A DNA stretch of 64,000 bases, from NCBI GenBank assembly GCA_002269645.1, contig NIVC01003033.1, forward strand, positions 1-64,000, written 5' to 3'. Shown piece after piece: positions 41,840-55,664 of this stretch. The translations under genes were made by a program, and so were the position numbers. The DNA comes from Macrostomum lignano. Lineage: Eukaryota. The notes below the pieces were generated by a model. The model did no database searches. It was not told the DNA's origin and saw nothing but the letters and a program-made list of their open reading frames with translations. Numbering within the stretch: the stretch's first letter is position 1; each line of letters starts with the position of its first letter.

Positions 41840-42116
41840 ATGCTTTCCAGGGGAATTGCGTGCCATTCGAGCCGTGGGGTCGATTCCAGAGGTGCAGTGC
41901 ATGCAGACGACTACAGCGGAGGCGTTGATCCCTCGAATGCACTCGATGTTTGCGCGATTTGGCGTTCCACAAGAACTGGTAACCGACAACGGTCCGCCCT
42001 TCTCGTCAGCGGAGTTCAAGCGCTTCCTGACCAGCTACGGCGTCAAGCAACGGCTTATCACCCCGCTCTATCCAGCGGCCAACGGCATGTCGGAGAGACT
42101 CAACCGACTAATGTAA
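41840..42116 (+). pseudogene. Gypsy integrase core fragment
   Basis: FARFGVPQELVTDNGPPFSSAEF...ITPLYPAANGMSER. Confidence 0.85.
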
Positions 42117-42144
42117 TGGATTCATTTCTAATGTCTCATTCTTA

Positions 42145-42338
42145 GGGCCGTATGCAGAAAGCTTAGTCCAGACTAGCTAGTCCGGACTTGGGTAGTTTAG
42201 TCTATGGTCTATGGTCTAGCTACCCTAGTTCTGTCTATAGAAGACCGGTCTGACTTGGCATTTCTGCATACCAAATCCAAGTCCAGACTAGCTTTTCAAG
42301 ACCGGACTACCCTAGACAGAGCTTTCTGCATACGGCCC
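42145..42338. mobile_element. MITE, 194 bp, TA target duplication
   Basis: Perfect 19-bp TIR GGGCCGTATGCAGAAAGCT...AGCTTTCTGCATACGGCCC flanked by TA on both sides. Confidence 0.88.
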
Positions 42339-42340
42339 TA

Positions 42341-42716
42341 TGTCTATTCTCACGCCATTTACAATGGTCTCAATAGTCATAGGCGCGTCATAGTTGGCTT
42401 CTGAGTTCTTAGCCAGTCTCACAGGGATTCGCAGTGCACTATTAGGCGGGATGACTGCTCTCTCCTGAGTGTAAACACGGCAAACTTTCACTGGCAAATG
42501 AGTGTACTGCATGGGAACACAAGTCCTCTCTTTTAGAATTAGCATGCCTTTGGCTAAATGGACGCTTTCACAGCGTTCCATGAAAAACTCCATGCCTAGG
42601 ATATTATCGCTATCATGACTGCACAATAGGAATTCAAATTTCTGATTTAACCACGTTTTGGTCGTGGGATCATATGGGGAAATTTTTCGAAATGTCCGCG
42701 ATCCCGTTTGACCCAC
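42341..42716 (-). pseudogene. Gypsy protease C-terminal/post-protease fragment
   Basis: DNILGMEFF...VYTQERAVIPPNSALRIPV. Confidence 0.55.
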
Positions 42717-43423
42717 TGGGCAGAGCTGTCAAGACTGGGCCGGGTCCCTGACCAGGTCAACTGACTCACGCTCTGTTGCGACCCCCTACTGTCTCTGTTC
42801 TGTCTCCCACTCAGCCACACTTGCCTTTCCGGAGCCCCCCTTTTTTGTGCACCTCGCCTGCCGCCCCATTCCTCACGCGCCCCACCCCATTTATCATGTA
42901 CTTCTCATGTTTCCCATCTTTTTGTCATGTTTTAGCATGGTTTCTTGCGCTGTCCCCTCCTCATCCCGTGCCTACTTACAGTATTGTTTGTGCTCGTCGT
43001 CACCCCATCTCCTTTTAGAACCCCAAGTGGTGACGCAAGGCTACTGACCCCTCCCTCCCCCCTACGACTGATCACCCTCCTCTTGCATAACCTTTCTCAT
43101 GCTATTGTTCTCTTCCCAAGATTTCTCATGCGACACCCACCCCTCCTCCGCTTCTATTATTCTCGCTTTTTATTCTTTTGTTCTCTTTTCGCACCCAATT
43201 AGCACCTTCCTCTCAATGTTTACTTTTCTAGTGTTCTCGGTTCTCCCTAATTCTCCCCGTTTTCCATTTCCTTTGTTCTCGGTCTGGATCCCATTGTTCT
43301 CAATGTTTGCTTGCGCAACACTTTTCCGACCCCCCACTGTGCTCATTTTCTACCCACCCCTCCTCCGGATTGCGCAATTCTCCCATTTCTCATGTTGCTA
43401 TGCCATTCTCAGACTTCTCATCA

Positions 43424-43514
43424 TGACTCATTCTGACGTCATCTTCCCGGCAGCCAATCAGAGATAGGGAGTCATGGAAACGACCCTGGAGCGGCGGCCG
43501 TGAGGACTATTTAA
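43424..43514 (+). promoter_or_regulatory. Compact Pol II promoter-like motif cluster
   Basis: TGACTCA 43424, TGACGTCA 43434, CCAAT 43454, TATTTAA 43508, in canonical order. Confidence 0.45.
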
Positions 43515-44859
43515 GGAAGTGATTTTCGGCGTGAGAACCTCCAACTTTACTTTTTACTTGTCTCTACTTTTGGTCTTTGGTCTTCTCCAAGACCTTCGCC
43601 TACCTTGGCTTCTCGTCAGATGCCGATCTGACCCCCATTCGTCTATAGGACGAACCTCTGCCGGCCCACGGTCCGATACCGCCATGATTCCTCAGCTCCT
43701 CTAGCGAGCTCATCTGCCGGCCCGCGGTCCGATACCGCCCAGCATCCACGGCATCACCTGAGCTTCATCAGCGCCTCGTCGCTCCAGTGCATCGCCGCTT
43801 CGCTATCTGCCTGTCCGCAGTCTACAGCGCCCTCGGTCACTCCATCGCTCTCTCTCTCTCTCTGTGCAGCTGCCGGTGAGTTCCTGTAAAAATTTTTGCT
43901 CTAATTGCCTTTGCTTATCCGGGGTCTGCTTATTTCCCATTGCTTGATTAGAAAGCTGAGCCAATTGTGTACCGTACTTTGCTGTATTTTACTCAATAGT
44001 GAAGCCGCCTAATTGCCTGTTTATTTCGCCTAAGGGCCTAATTATTAACCATTATTAAACTTCTCATTTTTTCAGATCTTTACCATCATTTCACTCATTG
44101 CCTGCTGAGCCTTTCTCCCTGGGTGGCAAAGCATAAGGAAGTTTGGGTAAGCAGATGGCCTCTCCACCTGCAAAGCCCGCCTGTATGTGCGTGCTGCGGG
44201 TTCGCGTGTGCGTGCAGTAGAGGGAAGTAGCGGGTCATGGCATGCACAGAATGGCAGCAGGAGGGTTGCAACCCCTGCTTACGCGTCCCTTCGCCCTGAG
44301 CAATCTAAACTATAGCTAGTACATGTTCACCTCACATACTCTTAGTAATTGAAGCTGCAAGCCCGCCTCGCTCACAGCCACAAAGGATCCACTGCTGAGA
44401 AATCCTCCAGATTGAGCCCAGAGTTCCCGAACATGCCCCAAGCAGTCCCTGTACTCGGCTGCATGCGTCTCCCTTGTTAGCCTAAATCCCCTGGTAACCA
44501 ATCCAGGCGGGGCTCTAGCCTTGAAAGGTCTGGTCGTAAGATCCAGGTGCGCCAGGTCACATAGAGTGGTGGCAGCCATTCGGTCATGCTATGACCGAGT
44601 GACCAATTATTGCACCTTGGATACAGGTGGGGTCCATGTGGGTCCTTGGCCCTCTGGTCACGAAAGCGCTACTAAAGCTATCAATCATGTGGGCGGTACA
44701 GTCTGGTGTTGGATGTCCGTCAGGTCATTGCCCGGTCATAGGCAGCCTACGGTCATTGCCCCCTATGGTTATACGCTCCCCTTCCCGTGGAGCAGACGGT
44801 CATCAAGGGCGGTTACATCATTTCGATTTCTAAATCTCCAAACTGCACTGTGGTACTCT

Positions 44860-45060
44860 TCTTCATCTAGCTGCACTGATGTCCCGTCAAACGTAGAGAC
44901 TCTTCTACTCGTTTGTCGAATCTGATCCGGCTTGAATAACTTTGACCATACTAATCTGCTCAGAAAATTATTTTGAGCGCCTGTGTCAAGTAGAAAGTCT
45001 AGTTCTTGCTTCTCGATGCTTCCTATCGCTCCATAGCTCGACTGGTTTACTAATTCAAAT
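44860..45060 (-). pseudogene. Retropepsin fragment (not in the ORF track)
   Basis: Manual translation: ELDFLLDTGAQNNFLSRLVWSKL...VSTFDGTSV; DTG at about 44979-44987. Confidence 0.7.
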
Positions 45061-45599
45061 TTAGATTTCAGAAAAATTTGCGACTAGTTATTCTTTCCGC
45101 TTCGGTTGGCGAGTTACAGGTTCAATTTCTTCTTCTTCAGCTGATGCAGGGTTTGCAGCAGCAGATGCCCCTACACTGAGTCTTCACGACTTCAGTCCCC
45201 TATGTTGAGTCTTCACGACTTCGATCCCTAAAATAACTAACGAAGGTAAGCAGAAAGTTAGCTAAAGAAAAATTCTGACTTCACAAAGTCTCAAACTTCA
45301 AGAGTTGGTTTATTTCGGTCAGGTAGGGCCCTCATATAGTGATTCGAGTATACTGCCATTAGCTGGCTTAGTTTGAAACATTCAAAAAAATGTTTACTTT
45401 TTTGGGGGAAATGTCGCGACTCTGTTAATCATTTCTTCATTTCACCTTCACTTGTCCCCTAATTACTCTGTTTTCTCTCTTTCTGTCTAGTTCGATCTTG
45501 TTATTACTGCCTCTTTCCCTCGCCGCCTTCTGATTGGCTCTCCAATCTCGCTTCTTTCCTTAGTCGCGCACTCCACCCCAGACTAACCTGGCGAGACGA

Positions 45600-45910
45600 C
45601 GAGGACTGGCCTGGGCCGTGTTTCGTTCTGTGCGCTCCGTGCTCCATTCTGAGGCTCTGGATGACGGGCTCAGGGCTCGGCTGTTTCAGGCAGTCGTTGA
45701 GACTGTCTTGATCATTGAGACGTTGAGACAACGCCGAGACCTGGACCCTGACAGACGCCTTGGAGAGGCAGCTGGACGCTGCGCATGCACAAGGCGCTCT
45801 ACATAAGGGCACGCTTGATGCGGTCTTCTGACCTGCTACGCGGGCGGCAACTTCGATTGGCTGGCCACGTCATCCAGTCGGAGGCCCCCGAGCCGCTGCA
45901 CGCAGGCAAG
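45600..45910 (+). mobile_element. Non-LTR (RTE-like LINE) ORF C-terminal fragment
   Basis: LRARLFQAVVETVL..ETWTLTDALERQLDAAH and RGRQLRLAGHVI across frameshifts. Confidence 0.7.
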
Positions 45911-47269
45911 GCCAAGGGCGAACGGGGAGATATCCGGACAGGCCAATTTTGACCAATGTTGGCGCCCCGGACCAAGCTTTCTGAGAGCACAGAGACGCGC
46001 TCTCTGACTTCTCCCCCCTTTCTGGCCACTGCGTGGCTGGCGGGTGAAGTACTTTTGCAGTGTTGTGTTGTTAGCGAGTTAAACAATATGTGCATATTAA
46101 AACAAATTATAGAGATTTGCTGATTGGCTAACAATTTAATACTGGTATTAGTAGTAACGTAGGCTAATTTTATGCCCTACTTCAGTAATAAATAATGATA
46201 ACAGAACTATAAACGATTTGACATTGCAAAGTTTCGAACATTGAGAAATGTAACCTGTTGGAGCTTTTTTACGAGTAGTCTAAGTAGAATCTGCGCAAAA
46301 TGCTTAGAGATGGCTGCAGAACTGCTTGGAGATTAGCGGCATTTGCTCAGGGACTGTGCAAAACTGCTTATACACAAGCACTACACTGCTAAGGAGCCGT
46401 CCGGAGGGGGGCGAAATGGCTAGTACTACTTACTATATTCGAATGAGTACTATGCATCGTATATGTAAGCTACTCGCGTTGCTCGTTATTTCTATTATCT
46501 AATATATCTATCGATCCACCAAGCTATTTATCCGGAGGAGTTGTCAATTTGAAACTGCTAGAAATTACTCACTGTGTCTGCCTAAGTAGGCTGACTATCC
46601 TTAAATGATCATCGCATGTTAATATTTTTGCAATTATTTTTATGTCATTTTTCGCTAATATCTACTTTTATGGAGCTGGTCAGTAATAAACGATGGGCAC
46701 TAAATTATTCTACTTGGAAGCGGAATAGCCGCTTATAATCCTTTGACCAAGTTGACCATTTTTTGAGGCAAAGCTCCCAAACCGGCTTGTAGGGCCTGGG
46801 AGAGAAAGGGATTTGCTGAATGTTAAGAATGGAATGTATAATTACAATAATAAAGTCTGCGAGTTCAAGCGACTTTGGTATGTTTGCTAAAGCATTGGGG
46901 TGGTCGGCTGTCTTCCTCCATTGATTTCTCTGTTTAGGGGCGGTAAGATTACGTAATTAGTGTGTGTATTAAGACGCGAGCCTGCCTATTTACTGAAAGG
47001 GGGTTAAAATGCAGTGAGGGCGGGTGCCGATTTCCTTGTCTGCTGCTGCTGCTGCGGTCTCTGCGCGGCTCTCGCCAAATATGCAGACATGTTGGGACAG
47101 AGGGAGATGTACCAGGCCTAGTAAAGACGGCCGAGTGTGACAATACGAGGGTAAGAGTGACACGAACTGCATAGGCTAACCAGATCATATTCTTTTCCAC
47201 TTAGGCACCAACACCCTGCAGTATCCATCTTATTCCTTCACATACCCCACACTAATCGCTAATATCCGG

Positions 47270-47850
47270 TCAAGATCCAACCCATATTCTGTCACACCCC
47301 ACACCCTACCCCGCAAGATCCAACCCATATTCTGTCACACATCGCACACCAAAGCCTGCAAGATCCAACCCCACATTCTGTCACATATCCCACACCATAC
47401 CATGCAAGATCCAACCCCACATTCAGTCACATATCCCACACCATACCCTGCAAGATCCAACCCCACATTCTGTCACATATCCCACACCATACCCTGCAAG
47501 ATCCAACCCCACATTCTGTCACATATCCCACACCCTACCCTGCAAGATCCAACCCCATATTCTGTCACATATCCCACACCCTACCCTGCAAGATCCAACC
47601 CCACATTCTGTCACATATCCCACACCCTACCCTGCAAGATCCAACCACATATTCTGTCACATATCCCACACCCTACCCTGCAAGATCCAACCCCATATTC
47701 TGTCACATATCCCACACCATACCCTGCAAGATCCAACCCCACATTCTGTCACATATCCCACACCATACCCTGCAAGATCCAACCCCACATTCTGTCACAT
47801 ATCCCACACCCTACCCTGCAAGATCCACCCTATGCTCTGTCACACCCCAC
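47270..47850 (+). repeat. 46-bp minisatellite, ~12 copies
   Basis: GCAAGATCCAACCCCACATTCTGTCACATATCCCACACCATACCCT. Confidence 0.95.
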
Positions 47851-48619
47851 ACCATGCTGCAGTATCTTGCTTTACTTGAATTTCTGCTGCAGAAGCAAGC
47901 ATCTATATAGGCCATGTTTGTAAATACTCGTAACTACATGTAACTTCATCAACTGCATTTAGCCGTAAGTCCCACAGCTATTTACAAGTAGGCTTTGACT
48001 TCAGAGCAGAGCTTGAGAGGCGAAGGATAACAAGGGCTGAGCTTATCCGCATGCAGCTAAGCAAACCTTGCCGTGCCTGGGCTGACTGCGCCAAGCCTTT
48101 CTCTCTGCACCCTATTTATGCTAATTTGTTTCCCAATCAGGCGGGGCTTCTAAGCTAGTCTATTCCCGGCATAACTGCCGATGCGCACCAGCTACCACCA
48201 AACATGCACTCCATCGATTGTAGTTGGTGATAATATTCCTGTCTGGCTAAGCGGCTGGCGCAGAGGGGAGATTGTCGGGAAGACTACGATTAAGTGGCTG
48301 GAAGGGGAAAGAAAAGTTAGGGAAGTTAGAGCAATCTGCGGAGAATGTGAAGAGTGGGGGAGAGAATAGAAGAGGGGAGAGGAGAGGAGAGAATGAGATA
48401 GGAGGGGATAAGAGGAAAGAGGAGAGGAGAGAATGAGATAGGAGGGGATAAGAGGAAAGAGGAGAGGATAGGAGAGGAGAGGAGGGGTAAGGTATGAGGG
48501 GACCGCCATGAGGTGAAGACGGCATGACTTGTTGTACATGTCATACAGTCAAAAAAGCTCTGATGGAAGCCACCCAGATCCCTCAGATACTCAGAGTGGA
48601 ATCCCGGATCCTATTCTCT

Positions 48620-51600
48620 CCTCACTTCTCTTTTCTCTCCTCACTTCTCTTTTCTCTCCTCACATCTCCTCTTTTCTCTTACCCCCTCCTCTCCTCTTCT
48701 CTCCTCTCCTCTCCTCTCCTCTCCTCTCCTCTCCTCTCTTCTCCTCTCCTCTTCTCTCCTCTCCTCTCCTATCCTCTCCTCTCCTCTCCTCTCCTCTCCT
48801 CTTCTCTCCTCTCCTCTCCTCTCCTCTCCTCTCCTCTCCTCTTCTCTCCTCTCCTCTCCTATCCTCTCCTCTCTTCTCCTCTCCTCTTCTCTCCTCTCCT
48901 CTCCTCTCCTCTCCTCTCCTCTCCTCTCCTCTTCTCTCCTATCCTCTCCTCTCCTCTCCTCTCCTCTTCTCTCCTCTCCTCTCCTCTTCTCTCCTATCCT
49001 ATCCTCTCCTCTCCTCTCCTCTCCTCTCCTATCCTCTCCTCTCCTCTCCTCTCCTCTCCTCTCCTATCCTCTACTCTACTTTTCTCTCCTCTCCTCTCCT
49101 CTCCTCTCCTATCCTCTCCTCTCCTCTCCTCTCTCTCCTCTCCTCTCCTCTCCTCTCCTCTCCTCTCCTCTCCTCTCCTCTCTTCTCCTCTCCTCTTCTC
49201 TCCTCTCCTCTCCTATCCTCTCCTCTCCTCTCCTCTCCTCTCCTCTCCTCTCCTCTTCTCTCTCCCTCTCCTCTCCTCTCCTCTCCTCTCCTCTTCTCTC
49301 CTCTCCTCTCCTATCCTCTCCTCTCTTCTCCTCTCCTCTTCTCTCCTCTCCTCTCCTCTCCTCTCCTCTCCTCTCCTCTCCTCTCTCTCCTATCCTCTCC
49401 TCTCCTCTCCTCTCCTCTCCTCTCCTCTCCTCTCCTCTTCTCTCCTATCCTATCCTCTCCTCTCCTCTCCTCTCCTCTCCTATCCTCTCCTCTCCTCTCC
49501 TCTCCTCTCCTCTCCTCTCCTATCCTCTACTCTACTTTTCTCTCCTCTCCTCTCCTCTCCTCTCCTATCCTCTCCTCTCCTCTCCTCTCTCTCCTCTCCT
49601 CTCCTCTCCTCTCCTATCCTATCCTCTCCTCTTCCCTCATACCTTAACCCCTCCTCTCCTCTCCTCTCCTCTCCTATCCTATCCTCTCCTCTCCTCTCCT
49701 CTCCTCTCCTCTCCTCTCCTCTCCTATCCTCTACTCTACTTTTCTCTCCTCTCTCCTCCTCTCCTCTTCTCTCCTCTCCTCTCCTCTCCTCTCTCTCCTC
49801 TCCTCTCCTCTCCTCTCCTATCCTATCCTCTCCTCTTCCCTCATACCTTAACCCCTCCTCTCCTCTCCTCTCCTCTCCTATCCTATCCTCTCCTCTCCTC
49901 TCCTCTCCTCTCCTCTCCTCTCCTCTTCTCTCCTCTCCTCTCCTCTCCTCTCCTCTCCTCTCCTCTCCTCTTCTCTCCTCTCCTCTCCTATCCTCTCCTC
50001 TCTTCTCCTCTCCTCTTCTCTCCTCTCCTCTCTTCTCCTCTCCTCTTCTCTCCTCTCCTCTTCCTCCTATCCTCTCCTCTCCTATCCTCTCCTCTCCTCT
50101 CCTCTCCTCTTCTCTCCTATCCTCTCCTCTCCTCTCCTCTCTCTCCTCTCCTCTCCTCTCCTCTCCTATCCTATCCTCTCCTCTTCCCTCATACCTTAAC
50201 CCCTCCTCTCCTCTCCTCTCCTCTCCTATCCTATCCTCTCCTCTCCTCTCCTCTCCTCTCCTCTCCTCTCCTCTCCTATCCTCTACTCTACTTTTCTCTC
50301 CTCTCTCCTCCTCTCCTCTTCTCTCCTCTCCTCTCCTCTCCTCTCTCTCCTCTCCTCTCCTCTCCTCTCCTATCCTATCCTCTCCTCTTCCCTCATACCT
50401 TAACCCCTCCTCTCCTCTCCTCTCCTCTCCTATCCTATCCTCTCCTCTCCTCTCCTCTCCTCTCCTCTCCTCTCCTCTCTCTCCTCTCCTCTCCTCTCCT
50501 CTCCTCTCCTCTCCTCTCCTCTTCTCTCCTCTCCTCTCCTATCCTCTCCTCTCTTCTCCTCTCCTCTTCTCTCCTCTCCTCTCTTCTCCTCTCCTCTTCT
50601 CTCCTCTCCTCTCTCTCCTATCCTCTCTCCTATCCTCTCCTCTCCTCTCCTCTCCTCTTCTCTCCTATCCTCTCCTCTCCTCTCCTATCCTATCCTATCC
50701 TCTCCTCTCCTCTCCTCTCCTCTCCTCTCCTCTCTCTCCTCTCCTCTCCTCTCCTCTCCTATCCTATCCTCTCCTCTTCCCTCATACCTTAACCCCTCCT
50801 CTCCTCTCCTCTCCTCTCCTATCCTATCCTCTCCTCTCCTCTCCTCTCCTCTCCTCTCCTCTTCTCTCCTCTCCTCTCCTATCCTATCCTCTCCTCTCCT
50901 CTCCTCTCCTCTCCTCTCCTATCCTCTCCTCTCCTCTCCTCTCCTCTCCTCTTCTCTCCTCTCCTCTCCTCTCCTCTCCTATCCTTTACTCTCCTCTCCT
51001 CTCCTCTACTCTCCTCTCCTCTCCTCTCCTCTCCTATCCTATCCTCTCCTCTCCTCTCCTCTCCTCTCCTCTCCTCTTCTCTCCTCTCCTCTCCTCTCCT
51101 CTCCTCTCCTCTCCTATCCTCTACTCTCCTCTCCTCTCCTCTCCTCTCCTCTCCTCTCCTCTCCTCTCCTCTCCTCTCCTCTCCTCTTCTCTCCTCTCCT
51201 CTCCTCTCCTCTCCTCTTCTCTCCTCTCCTCTCCTCTCCTCTCCTCTTCTCTCCTCTCCTCTCCTATCCTCTCCTCTCCTCTCCTCTCCTCTCCTCTTCT
51301 CTCCTCTCCTCTCCTCTCCTCTCCTATCCTCTACTCTCCTCTCCTCTCCTATCCTCTCCTCTCCTCTCCTCTCCTATCCTCTTCTCTCCTCTCCTCTCCT
51401 CTCCTCTCCTCTCCTCTTCTCTTCTCTTCTCTTCTCTCCTCTCCTCTCCTCTCCTCTCCTCTCCTCTCCTCTCCTCTCCTCTCCTCTCCTCTCCTCTCCT
51501 CTCCTCTTCTCTCCTCTCCTCTCCTCTCCTCTCCTATCCTATCCTCTCCTCTTCCCTCATACCTTAACCCCTCCTCTTCTCTCCTCTCCTCACCTCTCCC
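48620..51600 (+). repeat. ~3-kb (CTCCT)n polypyrimidine array with higher-order variants
   Basis: Directly visible; recurring CTTCCCTCATACCTTAACCC landmarks. Confidence 0.97.
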
Positions 51601-52509
51601 TAAAGAGAGGCGAGAGGCTAAGGAGATAGATGCTTACAGAAGACAATCGCAGAAAAATAACAGCTCGAAAAATGAAGCAGAGAAGAAGTGATGAAGGATC
51701 AGAGTAGGAGATCAATATTCTAGCTCGTAGTACCCTCTTATTTCGAATTTTTCATCTGATCGGGACTTGAATTGGGACGCCTTCGCTCTGGATGATGAGA
51801 AAGAAGCTGGAATCGTAGCAAGGAATTTTGTTGGGGAAGATTTGGGATTTTTTGTTTGCCAAGACGGCGCTCACCTCTCTCAGGCCCTCCCGAGCTGGTG
51901 CAGACCGCGGACTGCAGGATTTGCATATACAAGCTTAGGATGAGGCTCTTGTGCTTCGTGGAGCGGAATCTGATGCTCAGTTAATGAGAGCTGCACCTCC
52001 TCGTGTGCCCCCTGCCTCCGATCTGATGTTGGACTTCTTTTCTGGCACAGTGGCATCGCTATATTGGGATTGCTTGCCAGGGTGTCCGACAGGGGGCGGT
52101 GGGGTCACGGCTATCCTATACACGAGCTGAGCACTTGTCTGCTGGCGGCTTGACACTTCTCTGTTTCATTCGATCGATTCCGCAGAGTTGACAAGGTCAT
52201 GGAGCCCGCCTTGCGGTTTCCTGTTTCCAGTTAATCTTCATCGAAATTAAACTCTCCAGTTCTGACCAACCTCACCCCCACCCCCCAGGCGTCATCCTCT
52301 GCAGAGCTGCAGCTTCGATCTGAGCTCTTCTCAGACTATGACGACCTCTGCGTTATGGAATATCGCTTGCTTCAGCTGGTGGATTTTTATACCACTACTT
52401 GTAAAGAGTACATACAACACCCTTAACTGTTAGGGGGTTTGGACTTTTATCTGTAAATTTTCTTAAAATTTTCACATTGGAAATTGAGACCATGGTTTAT
52501 ACTTTTAAA

Positions 52510-53285
52510 TGACCAGGTGATCTTGCGTGAGGATGCATGCAGGTGATCTGTGTGGGGATGCATGCAGGTGATTGTGTGGGGATGAATCCAGGTGATCTGT
52601 GTGGGGATGCATGCAGGTGATTGTGTGGGGATGAATCCAGGTGATCTGTGTGGGGATGCATGCAGGTGATTGTGTGGGGATGAATCCAGGTGATCTGTGT
52701 GGGGATGCATCCAGGTGATCTGTGTGGGGATAAATCCAGGTGATCTGTATGGGGATGCATCCATTCCCCAGGTGATCTGTGTGGGGTTGCATCCACTCCC
52801 AGGTGATCTTGTGTGGGGTTGCATCCACTCCCAGGTGATCTGTGTGGGGATGCATGCAGGTGATTGTGTGGGGATGAATCCAGGTGATCTGTGTGGGGAT
52901 GCATGCAGGTGATTGTGTGGGGATGAATCCAGGTGATCTGTGTGGGGATGCATCCAGGTGATCTGTGTGGGGATAAATCCAGGTGATCTGTATGGGGATG
53001 CATCCATTCCCCAGGTGATCTGTGTGGGGTTGCATCCACTCCCAGGTGATCTTGTGTGGGGTTGCATCCACTCCCAGGTGATCTGTGTGGGGATGCATCC
53101 ATTCAACAGGTGATCTGTGTGGGGATGCATCCAGGTGATCTGCGTGGGGATGCATCCATTCCCCAGGTGATCTTGTGTAGAGATGCATTCAGGTGATCTT
53201 GTGTGGGGATGTATCCAGGTGATCTGTATGGGGATGCATCCATTCCCCAGGTGATCTTGTGTGGGGATGCATGCACAACCCATGT
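52510..53285 (+). repeat. ~25-bp minisatellite with a 243-bp higher-order duplication
   Basis: CCAGGTGATCTGTGTGGGGATGCAT units; the block at 52801 recurs at 53044. Confidence 0.93.
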
Positions 53286-55664
53286 GATCTCAACCAAGTC
53301 AACACAGGGCAGGCATTCATTAGCAATTTTAAGGCAATAATCCCAGTTTTTTTTCCTGCTCTGCTTCAAAAATATTCCGCCCGAAAAAATCGCCAAAAAA
53401 TCCTTCGACAAATTGCAACCCAAATGCTAATTCAAAGCTGAATCCGCAGTTCAAACACTGCAAAAATATTCCCAAACTAATTTTATACCATTTAATCTCC
53501 CTATACTAGTCTCACACCTGGATGCATGGATCCCAAATATCCCAAAAATTTAAGCACGGAAGATTAGTCTTGCGCAGGGCGAGAGTAAGATAGCAGACGG
53601 GACTCGAGCCAGCTAAAGCCAGGCGAGCGATCGCTCCGTGTGAAGAGAGCCTATTTGGAGAGGATCTGAGAAGAGAAGGGGCTGGCTTATCTGTGCAGCC
53701 GTGCGGACACCTGAGGTTGGGCACCATTCATCAAACTGGCTCACCGATCCGGCCGTCACCTCGGGCTCACAGTTTGGAACTGGGGGGGGGGGGTCACTGT
53801 GTGTATGGAGGCTTATAGTTTCTGAAAGTTTCGTGGCGGAAGGGAGGGGCGCCAGGTCGGTGAGCAAATATTGGCGAAACCGCGCCGAGACGGACTGGCG
53901 GAGGCATTGGAGAACAGCTTCTCAGCACATCCAGCCATAGGTGCGCGCTCAAGCAGATTTCGAGATGGGTGTGGATTCCGAAAATTGAAAGAAAGAAAAA
54001 AAGGACTATCACCTATAGCGTCTATTAGGTAAGCAAAGAAATGCTAGCCTGAAATAACAATAATACCATATGAGCAAGAGACTCGGATGCGCTGCAGAAC
54101 CCAAGGCCCCTGTTCGTGTTTGTTTTAATTAACGCGAAGGCCTTTTTTCTGTACAAAATGAAGAATTTGCATGTGTTAAAGGAAAACACGTTGGACTGGG
54201 AGGGGTGCGGGAACTTGCATGGCATTGTCAAGCAGTGGGTGAGCTAGCTTAGCTAGTTAGTTAGGTTCTAATGCTCTCCTTGCTTCTTCCAGCTGCCCTC
54301 GGCAAGCAGGCAGTCAGGGCTGAAATGAGTAAAAGAAAGCAAAGCGCTGAGAAGTGGGCGGCGCGGTGGAGAGTTGCTGGGCAAATATTTGACTTCTGAA
54401 TGGCAGCGGAGGCTGAGTGGCCCCCATTCGACAGAGGGAAATGAAGCCCCGCAGTTGTCCCGGCATGGGAGGGAGCCAGAGAGCAGGGGAAATGAGAAAA
54501 CTCAGGTTGGCAAGAATGTTGGATTACGAACTAATTTTACTAACGTTACCATGACTTCTGTTTGGCTGAATCGCTTTTGACTAAAAGTTTGAAGACTTAA
54601 AATTTCTTAATTCTCAAACAGCATCCGTGCAGCATCCGTCTGCTTGAGCTGCCCGTGGACACAACGGTGACTTAGGCATGCGTCAAAGTCCCTAGAAGAT
54701 AGAAGAAAGGCATATCGGATAACTTTAAGGACGCCATGCAGTGCATAAATATTGGTGCCACCAATGATATAAACAGAATTTGCTAACTATATTTATAACA
54801 CACTAAGCAGTAAAATAGGCTAATCAGGCTATAAGCGACCGCTTCAATAATTGGCTATGACAGGGGCGAGGGAATATAATATATTAATATTTCCCATTTC
54901 GAGCTAGACCATTGAAGCAGCAGCAGCAGCAGGGTTGGAGGGGAGCAACGAGCTGGGGACCAAAAGTTACCGGCCACTAATCTAAGCACCCCCCCCCCCA
55001 CAGGGAGGACTTGAAGAGCGCTCAGCTGAGCGGGCAACAGGCTTAAACTGGTCTCCCGGGCCAACCCCTAATCCTCCGTTCGGCGGCCACCTGTTAACCC
55101 CGAGAAGTGGCACTTGCGCCTCCCAGCGGCAGCAGGAGCGAGGCCGGCCCGAAAATCATGGAGAATTGAGTTTGCTGGCCAAAGTGGAGCATAGAAATTC
55201 AATTTCTAACCTCAGCGCCCGGGACACGCCAAGGTTTTTATAGGATTTTCTCCACTGCCCACTTTCTGCCGACCGAGATGAGGAGGGGAAATAACAGCGG
55301 GGGGGGGGAGAAGCGGACTTGAAGTTTGCGCAGATGGATAACGAAGTTACGACTCGTGTGTGGGAGGGGGGCGTGGAGATGTTGTGGAGTCTGTCTCTAC
55401 TGGGAGACAGCTGAATCTACAAGATGTCTGACTGAGATAACAAATTAGCCTCGAGCTTTCTGTAGCACGCAGATCTGACTGCGTTCGCTGTTTGAAGCAG
55501 TTCGAGTCAATCAACCGGTGCTGACAGTTCTGGTAGCGGCTGCAATTAGTAACGATTTTCCCCGATTAATCTGGGAGCATGAGGACTTCTATGAGACTGT
55601 GTTCAAAATGGGCAGAAGGCTTAGAGATTGGTGGATACACAGGAGATTGGTGGATAGACAGGAG

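Noticed and set aside
42774-44131. Possible solo LTR (TGTTGCGACCC...GGGTGGCAAAGCA)
   Set aside because: Terminal inverted match is imperfect and there is no TSD; only the promoter motifs are reported.
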